Below are positions 26,628 to 37,926 of a DNA stretch of 64,000 nt, piece after piece. Under the pieces are notes generated by a model. It had not been told where the DNA came from. It did not search any database and saw nothing but the letters and a program-made list of their open reading frames with translations. Made by a program: the position numbers and the translations under genes. Position 1 is the first letter of the stretch. Each line of letters begins with the position of its first letter. This DNA is from Pseudogymnoascus verrucosus (lineage: Eukaryota): assembly GCA_001662655.1 (NCBI GenBank), contig KV460222.1; one strand, written 5' to 3'.

Positions 26628-28219
26628 GACTGTGTGAGGAGCTTCGGAAATTTGGCTGGTGTAACTGAGTCTTTATTTTAGCAGGCAGCGTATATAGCAA
26701 CAACATAAAAGAGCTTTTACTCAACTTACTTTGTAGTAGTCCGTCCCCGTAATCCGATCCCCCTCTAGAAAACAGCACACACCACTTCCTAAAGGCCATC
26801 TCATTCTCCCACCCTTCAAACAAGCTTACCCGCGCTAGGTACATCATAAAGAACCCTCTCTCTGTCCTCGCAACACTAGCCGTGGCGCCCACCAGCAGCA
26901 CCCACAGCCTCACACCTGGGTTTTCACGCCAGAACGGCGCGCAGATCGTGCGGTCCATGTTAGCGCTAAGGATCTGCAGCCAAGGTAGGGAGAAAGGGGA
27001 AGTGAAAAACGACGGCGAGGACAAGGCAGCGGCGTAGATCTGCCCTGCAGCGTGAAGAGCCTTGTAGATTGAGTCCGTAGTGCACGAGACCTCGACGTTG
27101 ATGTGGAGCTCGTAGAACTGGATATCGCTGATGGTGGTATTGGTAAGGTCACGGAGGGCCTCAAGAAGCATGCAGATCTCATTGTCGGCGCCGGTGTTTT
27201 TGATAAAGGAGGAGAAGGGAAGGGAACCGGAAATGGGGGAATTATAGAGGCGTGCCTTGTAAGGTGAGGCTGGGCCGGCCTGACAGCGGAGGGGAAAGCG
27301 CGGCGGCTGGAGGGTTATGGCTGCAATGATATGGTCGAATCTGGTATTTTGTTAGGTTTAGGGACACGTATATTGCTATTAGAGGAGTGAGGTTACAGCG
27401 CAATTTTTTCAGCCTGGACTGGAGGCATTGAGTCTAGTCCCCCGCGCAGGTCAACCACTCGCTCCAGGCCATTCATATGAGCTACAACATCCGAGGGTTT
27501 AAGTTGGGCCCTATACGACTGTGTAATTATCAGTACCAAATAAATTGCATAGGTTAAGTTAAAAAACTGACTTCCCACATAGTAAGCGTTATAATCGCAC
27601 CAAGGGTCTCATCTTTGGTAGCCAGCTCGGAGTCCGCCAGGCGGCCCTGGATCCATTTGATGGTCTCGAGACGAAACTGGAAACAGCTGGGCGTGTTGCT
27701 GATCCAGTCAACGAGCTCCACGCCGAGGACTGTGCTCTCGATCTTTGATGGCTCGGGGAGGGCGGCTTTGGGCATCCAGATTGACTGGCGGGGGAACAGA
27801 ACAGGGCTGTTCGGATCTCGCGATGCCAGCCGAGAAAATAATGCAGAGGTGCGGGGGAGCATCAATACAGGTCCTGTGGCAGAGAGGAACGTGTAAGGGA
27901 TCACTGTGGGGTATTAATAGGTTCCTCCGGAATTGGTCACGAACATAATGTAAAAAAAATACCACCCACAGTTGTCTTGGTACGGGAGAGATGGCTGTAT
28001 AGAAGCCTTTACTGGCTTATCCCTTGCTAATGTAGTTTTTTCCTGCGTTATAACATCCTCGACCTCTTCCTTGGTCTTCTTGAACGCTCGCACATCAGCA
28101 TCTCGCCGGCGCCGGTAGCGGAAACGAGCAACGTGGCTACGGACCACATTCTCGGTCCCTCTCTCTCTTGCCCTCCCAGGAGCCTCTTGTACAAAGCAGA
28201 TCTCTGTAACAGGAGGCAT
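26617..28219 (-). CDS. Fungal transcription-factor-like protein without a Zn cluster (basic N-terminal VRSH motif), multi-exon; 3' end uncertain
   Basis: MPPVTEICFVQE...VVRSHVARFRYRRRR; later ETIKWIQGRL...DETLGAI, HMNGLERVVDLRGGL and RLWVLLVGA motifs; three GT-AG introns. Confidence 0.65.
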
Positions 28220-28466
28220 GTAGTAGTTGTGATATGCTATCTTATCTGGGGCGCTGCGAGGTTGCAGTCCGATGCCTCCGTGAAGGAAGGTGGCCGTTTG
28301 ACCTAGAACGCCTACACTTGAAGCGTGATTTGCTACCATACATACACTAGCTTGGATCACGGGGGACCGATTCGTATTAGCCTCGAAAATGGCTCGACTA
28401 CAGGGATCTACTTATATCTTTCGAAATCAGCCCTGTCTCGAAGCCATATTTACTTCGAGTCGAATA

Positions 28467-30446
28467 TTAGTCGCTTAACCATGGATGGTTTGGTAGATTG
28501 ATCTGGTCGCCACAGGCATCTCTTGATGCCCATGCTAACACTCGAGATGTAGCTTCTCTAGAAGGGCAAGATTTGATCGGCGGGAGCTTAGTCATTATTC
28601 CATAAGTGTGTTTTATATCCGGCATCTCTTGTGCTTGAGTGTTGTCAATCACATACGAATGAAAACATCGCTTCTCATCTCCTAGAATCCAAACCCAACC
28701 GTGGTACTCTCGGGCATGCCAGAGATCCAAGTACTGATGTAGCTCCGGTTCAATCTCCTTGGCTAATGTACTCCCGAAAGGCTGCCAACCATATGGCAAC
28801 TCCTCTGCATTCGCAAGGTAACGATAGTTGAAACGAAGGCGGGCAAGATCACTATTAGATAGCATCCTCGTGCCGTTCTCCTCATAGCAGCCTAGTCCAA
28901 CTTCATCTAAAAACGACTGCTTACAGCCAAGCCACGCGGCAGTAACAAGATCAGGTTGTGACGCACGAGTAAATTGCGGTTGTTCTTCCAAAGTTGTAAG
29001 ATAGGATTCAACCATGCCAGCCCAGTCTGAAGATCCCAGCCAAAGAACGCCCATCCAGAGCGGCGCTTGCTGGGGGCGATATAACATAAACATTTTGATA
29101 AGTAATTCTGTGTCTTGAGATTCAAGCACAGGCTTAATCACCTCATGAATTGAGGACAGCCAAGCACTAACAACGTTGCAATCAATGCCTGATTCCCAGA
29201 AGACACTCCAAAGACTCGATCCTATTAGCCTAGGGCCAATACTGATAGTCATGAGTTGAGATATCTGCTCTGAATATTGGCGGAATGGGTAGTGAGCATG
29301 TTTCGGATGACTGCGCTGCAGAAGTATTGGAACAGGTAGTGTAGCTGCTAATTTTCTAAAATTGTAGAAAGGCAGCATGATTGTTGCAGAAACTGCAGCG
29401 TCGAGTTGGTCATCAAGTCCAAATAACGCGCAAAGTTCAGAAATAAAGCTTGCCGCTTTTTCCGAAGACGATGATGTACCCCATTCTGGGGAAGAATATG
29501 TTGGACTAGTAAGAATGTCGAAACGGTTTACTCCTTCATATACCAATGCCCATGGTGGAATAGGCTTCATCATCCAACGCGAATTGGGTGCGAGAAGGAT
29601 AGATAGCCAACACACAAGGTCTGGGGATGCGTAACGTAAGTCGAGGAGTATTTTGTCATTCTCTGAGCAGCCTAGATGGCTTGTTGAAGGTTCCTGAGAA
29701 GTAAACTTGACTTTCCGCCCCTGCATCTCGAGGAGTTTTGCACAGAAATAATAAGAGATGCATTGTATGAGTATAGAAATGCCGTTAGAAGGAGGGGCAG
29801 GTGACACTTTAGCGTTGGGATTGCATTCTTTTATGAACTGGTATCTCGTCGGCTCCGGAATAGAGAACCTGAATGTTTTCTCGTTGCCACGCCTTTCATC
29901 GACTTTGGGAGGTGAGGTTGGCTGCCACGTCACATCAGAGTCATCTAGGGTTGCTAGAGTGCCAGGCTTAGAAACATCATCCATAGAGCTCTGCATATCA
30001 TCTGACTCGAGGTGTGGAAATTTCCACATCGGGTAGCCCCTAATTGCCTTCAAGCCACGAAGTCCAGAAGGTAGAGGTGGGACCCCCTTTATTAACCCCA
30101 AAACACCCAGGCTTCCGGGTATGCTAAGAGTTTGTTGCTGTTCTGCAAGACCAAGGCACTCTCGCCATTGGGATTCACCTCTCCAAAAGGTCCTCTCAAT
30201 ATCCTCAGCGCTTGGAATCACTTTATCATCCTGACATCCGTGTAGTAAATCATCAGCAGCTTGGTCCTCCTCAGCGAAGCCACTGCTAATACTGCTGTTT
30301 GGTGGGGTGCTTGTGCCTCCGTTGCTTTCGTTCTTATAATATGAGGAATGGTTATCGGAAGGAATAAAGCTTGCCTCAAACCTGTTCGTTCCAGTCTCTA
30401 TCCAGTGGGCAACGCGATCATTACCCATGTTAGAGTTGGCTGGCAT
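28467..30446 (-). CDS. Hypothetical 659 aa intronless protein
   Basis: Long uninterrupted ORF with an apparently structured core (LWSVFWESGIDCNVVSAWL, AAWLGCKQSFLD, WQPFG); no domain recognised. Confidence 0.7.
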   Translation of the reverse strand: MPANSNMGNDRVAHWIETGTNRFEASFIPSDNHSSYYKNESNGGTSTPPNSSISSGFAEEDQAADDLLHGCQDDKVIPSAEDIERTFWRGESQWRECLGLAEQQQTLSIPGSLGVLGLIKGVPPLPSGLRGLKAIRGYPMWKFPHLESDDMQSSMDDVSKPGTLATLDDSDVTWQPTSPPKVDERRGNEKTFRFSIPEPTRYQFIKECNPNAKVSPAPPSNGISILIQCISYYFCAKLLEMQGRKVKFTSQEPSTSHLGCSENDKILLDLRYASPDLVCWLSILLAPNSRWMMKPIPPWALVYEGVNRFDILTSPTYSSPEWGTSSSSEKAASFISELCALFGLDDQLDAAVSATIMLPFYNFRKLAATLPVPILLQRSHPKHAHYPFRQYSEQISQLMTISIGPRLIGSSLWSVFWESGIDCNVVSAWLSSIHEVIKPVLESQDTELLIKMFMLYRPQQAPLWMGVLWLGSSDWAGMVESYLTTLEEQPQFTRASQPDLVTAAWLGCKQSFLDEVGLGCYEENGTRMLSNSDLARLRFNYRYLANAEELPYGWQPFGSTLAKEIEPELHQYLDLWHAREYHGWVWILGDEKRCFHSYVIDNTQAQEMPDIKHTYGIMTKLPPIKSCPSREATSRVLAWASRDACGDQINLPNHPWLSD

Positions 30447-31383
30447 CTCGAGCTATTTATGACGGATTGCTTTGCGAAGTACTCCACATTTGTTGCAACT
30501 TTTATGGAAATAAATGTGTAATGCCGAGAGAGAGTGATTTTATAACAGGCAACCTTCATAGACCGCCTCAGCTCATCGAGTGATCTACAACGTCACGTGG
30601 GCCACACAGTCTGAAACACATGAGTCAAATCTTCAATGCATCGTGAACTCATTTACGAACATGATCTTTAAAGACATCAGGGTGAGATATTACTTATTGC
30701 CAATTCACGAAACCTAGCGCACAATGTGCAGTTAGTGTAGACTACATATAATCGCAGCGTTTACGAGCACAAGCTGAAGAAACAATAACCCACACAACAA
30801 CAACCTTCTATGATTTGATATACACATACATAATCGTACACTCTACACATCTCCAACCTCCTGAGCTGAAGCAGAAGCTAACATTACTAAAAATTCCAAA
30901 TATCCCCCCCCCAACCAAATATCCACCACCACATATTTTATCTATGCCAAGACCCCCCCTCCCCCCATCCGTCCCCCATCCCCCATCGTATTAAAAAATC
31001 TAATTATCACGGAACCATTATATATCTCCGTGTCACCGCTCGCTCACCCGCATACATAACATGCATGCAATGCGCGGTGCAGCAGCAGCTGTTTAACGTA
31101 GCCATGCGTGCTACGACACCGGCCAACCCCCGGCTCTGACGCGGTGTACCCAAATATATATGGTCTGGTCTCACATCCCGTATTGTGCTGTACTCCAATA
31201 CGCGCCTCCCCCTCCCCCTCGACCAGTTTCTCTACACCTGGCTGTAGTCCCCTCTCCTCGAAATGAGCGCTCGAACCTCGCAGTGACAATACGAACGCGC
31301 TGAAAAAATGGTGATGAGATGAGATGAGATATCAGCGCACGCTCGCTCGCACAGCAACCGCCAAGGTCAACCCACCACCCAGC

Positions 31384-33253
31384 TCAACTCCTCCACCCCG
31401 AGGAGGAAGAGCAATCCCTACTAACCCTCCACGTCGCCAAGCCCCTCCTCCCCACCACCCTCTTGAGCGTCGGCCAGACCCCATCATCCCCGAAATCCAA
31501 ATCATCAAGGTTAAGATGCATCCTATACCTCCAGACCTCCTCGAACCTCAGGGCCCCCTTCGTCCCATTATTCTCAGCAATATACTCTGATAAGTAACTC
31601 GCCGACAACGGCGCAACGAGGTACGTCCCCGTCGCATTGTTATTATTATTCCCCGACGATTTAGAGTTCGCAGATGATGAGGGGGAGCTACACGTCGCCA
31701 GCGCGCGCAGCTCCTCGATCATCTTGGCACCAGGCATGCCCATCAGGTCGTGTGTGGTGAGGACTTCGTTTTTCCCGTTTAGTAGCCAGACGGGGGGGGA
31801 GTAAGTTTTCCACCACAGAGCGTGTGTGGCGTCTTCCATGTTGGCGAGGTGGAATTGTGTTGGGACTACGCCGCCTTGGTGGTAGGAGCCCATTAGCACG
31901 CCGAAGATGATGTTGAATACCAGCCAGGCGGCGGCGAAGATCTTGAGGTGGGATTTCTTCGCTGGCAGGCGGATGGAGGAGAGGATTAGGGGGATGGTGG
32001 GGATGAGGAAGCGCGCTTCCTGGTGCTGCAATATCGACAGGACGAGGATTCCTGAGATGGCGGAGTATAAGCGTAACGACGCGTGGGGGCGGAAGAAGAG
32101 CAGCAGGAATGCCGGGCCGAGGAGCTGCGGGAGGTTGAAGAGGAGGTGAGTGTAGCGCGGGTGTAGGCCGTGCAGGGCGAGGTTGGAGGTGGCCAGGTTG
32201 TAGCGGAGATTGTTGAGGGGGGTGATGATGGGGTGGGTGAAGAGGGTGGACCAGGTGACGGGGTGGGTGCGGGCGTAGAATTCGGTGTCGATGGCGATGG
32301 CGAAGAAGAGGGTCCAGAGGCCGGAGATGACCATGAAAAGGAGGGAGAGGGGTCTGTTGGGGGGGAGGAGGGTTAGCGGATGAAGGGGATGGTGGGAGGG
32401 GGGAAGGGGAGGGAGGGAGGGGGACTCACTTCCGCGCGAAATGGGGTATCAAACGAAACGCGGGGATGAACAGAAATGCGGGAAATGTGATCCGATTGAA
32501 GAATCCAAAGACGACCAAGAAAGCCAACAACGCAGATGCGAAAGGAGATGTCCGCTGCTGTAAGACCCGTTAGCTTGTGTACTTCCCATCCTCCCATGCG
32601 TATTCCACATGTGCCCCAGGAAGTCCATACCTTATCATCCACAATCCTCTGTATCAGCACCAGACTCCACGCCACCAAAATCGTCTCCAACGAATTCGAG
32701 AACGTATGCGCCTGGAACGTCCACGTCACATACGACGATGCGACCAGTAGTATCACTAAACTCCTATGCCTTGGCTTCCCAACCAGCTCATGGATAGCCC
32801 AGTCCTCCAGCACGAAACTCAGCAGGAACATGAGCACGCGCAGCGTCCAGAAGACCACCGCGGGCGTCACCTCCCCACCCTGTCCATTACCAATCCATAT
32901 CCACTTCAGCAGCAGCATAGGCAGGCCATAGACAGGCCAGAGGGGGAAGACGCTTCGAATCGGGTTTTCGGATGTGAATTCCCAGGTCAGTTTGACGGGG
33001 TAGCTGAATATCTGGCCTGTGAGACGGGGTGCGTTAGCGGATAGAACGGAGGCACGCCGACGATGACAGATGGGAAAAGGGGGCGCTTTCTTTCCGGGAT
33101 ATCCGGATGGCCGCGGACTTGAACTGCGAAAATTGAAGACATACCAGCGATGACTTCGGGCCCCTGAAAGTTCTCATCGGGATGCAGATAGCTGGGCGAC
33201 AGCGCAAAGTATAGGCGCACCAGCGCCAGCAGCAGGTATGCGCGACGCCACAT
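31384..33253 (-). CDS. SMP3: GPI mannosyltransferase 4 (Alg9-like, GT22), 4 exons
   Basis: [78 protein letters not shown]. Confidence 0.93.
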
Positions 33254-35116
33254 CGTTGCGCGGTTTGTGTGTGTGATTGTGGTGGTCGGGGTAGATATTT
33301 CGGTCTACTACGCGGCGGCGCAGTGACGGTGGGTGGTTCGAGATCGCAACTGCGATGTGCTGGCGGTGGCCAACATTGGTGATGGGTGCGACCTGGGGAT
33401 TTGCGAGCGGGAGCAGCAAGCAGCAGCGAGGGCGAAAAGGGATGGTCGTGAAGCTGTTGATGATTCGTGTGTGTTTGGTGTGAGTGTCGGTTTGGGTTGG
33501 GATAGAGATGGAGATGGGGGGGGATGATGATGATAATAATAAAGGCGCGGGCGCGCTTTCGCTTTTCTGGGGTTGGCTCGGTCTCGTCTGGGTGTGGGCT
33601 ACTATCTATTCCCCCCCTTCTTTTTTTTTGGTGAATTTGGCAGGGGATGGGATAGGATGGGGGGGAAGAAGCTTTGGGAACGTGCCTGGGATGACGGGCT
33701 GACGGGGGTTTGCTTACTGGGAACGGCCGCTACTCTAGTTTTGGGGGGGGGGTGATGGGGGTGATGGGGGTGATGGGGGGGGATGGGGATGGTAGTGGGA
33801 ATGGTGGAAGTGGGAACGGAAAGGAGAGGAGGAGAGGTTGTTTCGGTCGCGTCGCGTCGATCGTGGGGAGATGGAGAGTAAACAGAGATGGTGAGGATGT
33901 GTATGTAGGCTGGGGTAATTTATCATTTATTGTTTATTTGTACAGTGTTATTGCATTAATTATATGCCATGATGCTCTCTTTTGATGGTGTTTAATATCT
34001 CTTTTTGTAGTGATTTGTTATCGAGGAATGAATTCCAATAGAGTATATGCAACTGTACGTGGCCATATCTCTTATCTCTGTTGGTTCGATATGCAAGGCT
34101 ACGCTTTGTCCGGAGTAGCGGTTGCTTACTGTGCGGTCCAGTCCGGACTTTCCATTAATTGCCACTATTATTGCACCATCTCGCTTTCTTTCCCGTCTGA
34201 TCAGTAAGGCGATGTACGATGGGGATGGGATAGTGGAGAACAAGACGCTGATAAATATCAGACTGTTTGTTTGCGACCAATATAAACCCCATAATACGAT
34301 TTATCGCTTTGACGGGGTCGCTGCTTTCGGCGAAATTTGCAATTTTGCACTCCGCAAACGAAAGGCTGAGAGACAGCGGGGAGCAGGGAAGCAGGGTCCG
34401 TGTGGGAATTTGTTGAGGACTGTCTCATTTATCTCATTTCCTGTGAGACATGACTTATGGACTTTAATATCCGAGATAAAATCTGGGGGAGTGAGAGTGA
34501 GGTTATCATAAATTCTAGAAGATCAGACGATTTATTTGCATTTTACCCTTTTGATTTTTTTTATTATTTGTCGAAATATAAAAATACGAAATTCAAAATT
34601 CATGAGTCTTTGTGACAAATAAACAGCTGACATTAACATGACACCATCGCCTAAAAATATCAGACAACAAACTTCCCCTTCATTCTACCTAGAAATCAAA
34701 GGAACCAGAAAGAATTACAAACTATAACCTATCATTCCATATGAATTCATGATCATTAAAGAAGCCCCTCCCTTTATTCACTCCCTCCACACAAAGAACT
34801 TAGCCTTGGCGCTTGCCTACCCGTGCCTTACCACCCAATCCACCCTCCCACCGCGTCAAAGAAAAATAGCCGAGCCCCTCCAAACGCGGCTTAGCCCAGG
34901 CTGCGCTGCGGCTTTTGTGAGGCAACCACGAACGACCCCACACCGATCACTACCCGTCATACCTCTCGTCCTTTCACCACCTCCAGGCAACTTATCATAC
35001 AAATACCCCAACCAACGCCGAAGCCAACTACAACACCAACAACAGCTTCAATCCTCACCTACCATCGCTCACCCACTACAACTACACCAAGAAACTCACA
35101 ACTGAACTCCATCGCT

Positions 35117-35824
35117 ATGGCTGATCAAGGCCCAAACACCATCACCCTCATCTCCAACGATGGCGTCCCCATCGTTGTCAGTGAGTCTAGCCCACAGCCT
35201 TCCGTGGTCCAAGTGAAACACAGCTAACCCACCCGCCTTAGAGCGCCAGGTCGCCGAGCGCTCTATGCTCATCGTCAACATGATGGAGGATCTTGGAGAG
35301 ACTGCTGGTGCTGAAGTGCCTATTCCCAACGTACGTTTTATCTCTCCGGCCTCACTCACGCCACAATTTCCACTTCACCCCCACCAGCACTCTCGAACTC
35401 CCCCGCCCCCAAACCACTACAGAGCTCTCTTCCCACCGCAAGAAAGTGAAACCCTCCCCACTAACACACCAACCAGGTCAACGAATCCGTCCTCAAAAAG
35501 GTCATCGAATGGTGCGAGCACCACAAAGACGACCCCCCCGCCTCCGCCGACGACGACTCCGACTCCCGCAAGAAGACGACCGACATCGAAGAGTGGGACC
35601 AGAAGTTCATGCAAGTCGACCAAGAGATGCTCTTCGAGATCATCCTCGCCTCCAACTACCTGGACATCAAGCCCCTCCTCGACGTCGGCTGCAAGACCGT
35701 GGCGAATATGATTAAGGGGAAGAGTCCCGAGGAGATTAGGAAGACGTTTAATATTACGAATGATTTCACGCCTGAGGAGGAGGATCAGATTAGGAGGGAG
35801 AATGAGTGGGCTGAGGATCGTTAA
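35117..35824 (+). CDS. SKP1: SCF ubiquitin ligase subunit Skp1 (SconC), 3 exons
   Basis: Exons 35117-35180, 35242-35330 and 35477-35824; [60 protein letters not shown]. Confidence 0.97.
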
Positions 35825-37242
35825 ATGGAGTGGTTGGACAAGGATGGTGGTGGGGGAGGGGGAAGTGTGGCTTGCGGCTTGGGCTACTTGATCTCTCGCC
35901 CTGTACACCGGATATCCTGGCAATGATGATACGAACCTTACCTTACTTATCTACCTTCATTCACCCTCGACATCAGCGGTCGAACTCACCTACCTACCTC
36001 TCGCTTCACCACACCTCGCTCTCACGCAACACTTCTGCTCCGCCTACTCACGCACTCCTCCGTTTCTTCGCCCTTTTCCCTTTCTCTCTCGCCCTGCTTT
36101 TTGCTGAAGGTACGGGATGCATGCTGGGTTTGGAAAAGATGGATTCGCTTTTTTTTTGCTTGTGTGATGCGATGCTCTTGTCTCTCGTTACTTTCGGCTT
36201 TGCGGGGATGCGTAGAAGATTAGGTGAAATATGAAGGTGGGGGTGGGGTAGATTTGAGAGCAGCGGTGGGGTGATGGCGGGGTGGGAGAATTGAATGAAG
36301 ATGTTTTTTTAATGCTCTGTATGTGCTGATGTGATTTCTGTCGGTGAAGTTGATACTGTTGAGGGGAAGTGGGCTGTAACTCGTGCCATCCATATGACCC
36401 CTTCCAAGCCTGAGCTTCTGGTAAATATATATCCCAAGCTGTTGGTGAAGAGAGGAATTCTTGAGAAGGCGTGTTACTTATCCACAGTTACCTACACCAC
36501 ACAGCCTCAATTCTTGATATCGAAGCAGCGCTGGATTTGGCTGGAGTGGGGTGTCTGTCTCTCTCTCAACCTCTATTTCCCAGAAGGGCTGCGAGATAGG
36601 CAGTGGGGTAAGAGGGGTTGGCGGAGGTTGAGGAAGGGAGGTCGAAGTAAGGTTCGATGGATACGGGGTAGATGCGCGTCACGCATTGTGAAGAACCCGG
36701 AGTAATGTACGGCGGGGTGATGGGTGGGAAGGACGTTCCGGAATGTGTTTGTACACAGGCTTCCGGAACAGCGCTTCCATTGGGGAGGGAGGGCTGGGTG
36801 GGGGTGAGATCGAGAGCAGAAAGGAAATGTTAGAAAGTCCGATAGTACTCGATTGGGGATAAAGGGAGTATATCTTGTTCGTGGGTAGAGATTCATGAGG
36901 GCTTGCATGGCATACTTCATCATACCCATCACGCTTGATACCAATATCGAGGACGGCAACTCTCGTTCCTGGGTTAACACATCCATCCCCAACATACACA
37001 TCACACATCACACCCTCTCACTCTCAAAAAAACTCATACAGTTTGGCAGAAAATTCGTGCATCAGCAATCCATTGATCTCATGCTATCCACCTTATCCCC
37101 TCCCCCAACCAATCCGACCGAACCATCCCGCCTGCAAAGATCCTTTCTCAATCAATAGCAACCCATTTTCGTAGTCGTCGTGTGTTCGTGACCAGGATGT
37201 TCGTCGGTGGTGGGGTGTATCAGAAACCAGAGAGCGAGTCGT

Positions 37243-37926
37243 CTAGATTCCAATACGGGTCTTTCTCCAATGCCTCCTCTTGGCGTTGTACCTGTGAGGT
37301 AATCAGCAGTTGTTCGGGCGCCTGCGGACGCAGGCTGTAATGGCTTTTATCATCACCTCTACTCCCTCTTCCAATCTCCTCTCCTCCCTCCACCGCCCGT
37401 CCCATCTAGGGGATCTAGGCGATAGGAGGAAGGAGGGGAAATGAGGAGGAGGGGAGAGGGAGACAACGGGGAGAAGGTTGATTTACCTGATCGTGTTTCC
37501 GGTACGGAGACGGATCCATTGGGGAATGGGGCGGTTGGACTTCTGGGCCTTGGCCAGCTTGACCTTGGTGCGGAAAGACTTGTGGCTCTGGGGGGGAATG
37601 TGTTAGCTGTTGTTCTGTTTCTCGTGTTTTCCTTCCTTCGTTCTGTCTCGGTTTGGTGGTGCGATGGATGCGATGCGGTGCGTGCGAGAAGACGGGTGTG
37701 ATAGTCGCTGTATTAGGTGTGATGGTCGCTGCAGTGGGTGTTGTTGGAGTCGTTTGCTGGAGCCTCAAAGTTCGATCGCAGGTCGCTCGTCATCAATATC
37801 GCTGTCTCTCGGTCGCTGTCGTAGTATTCGCAACCCATCGCACTCATCACACCCATCGCATCGCATCCCATCACACACGCCCATCCATCCTCCAGGAGAG
37901 GAAAAGTAAACATCACATACCGGCAT
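37243..37926 (-). CDS. RPL39: 60S ribosomal protein L39 (eL39), 3 exons; absent from the ORF track
   Basis: Exons 37926-37921 (ATG CCG), 37587-37487 and 37291-37243 total 156 nt and give [51 protein letters not shown] (51 aa). Confidence 0.97.

Noticed and set aside
37301..37354. Possible C/D snoRNA in RPL39 intron 2 (GTGATGA ... CTGA on the minus strand)
   Set aside because: Only about 54 nt, the CTGA coincides with the branch-point signal, and no terminal stem or rRNA guide was recognised.
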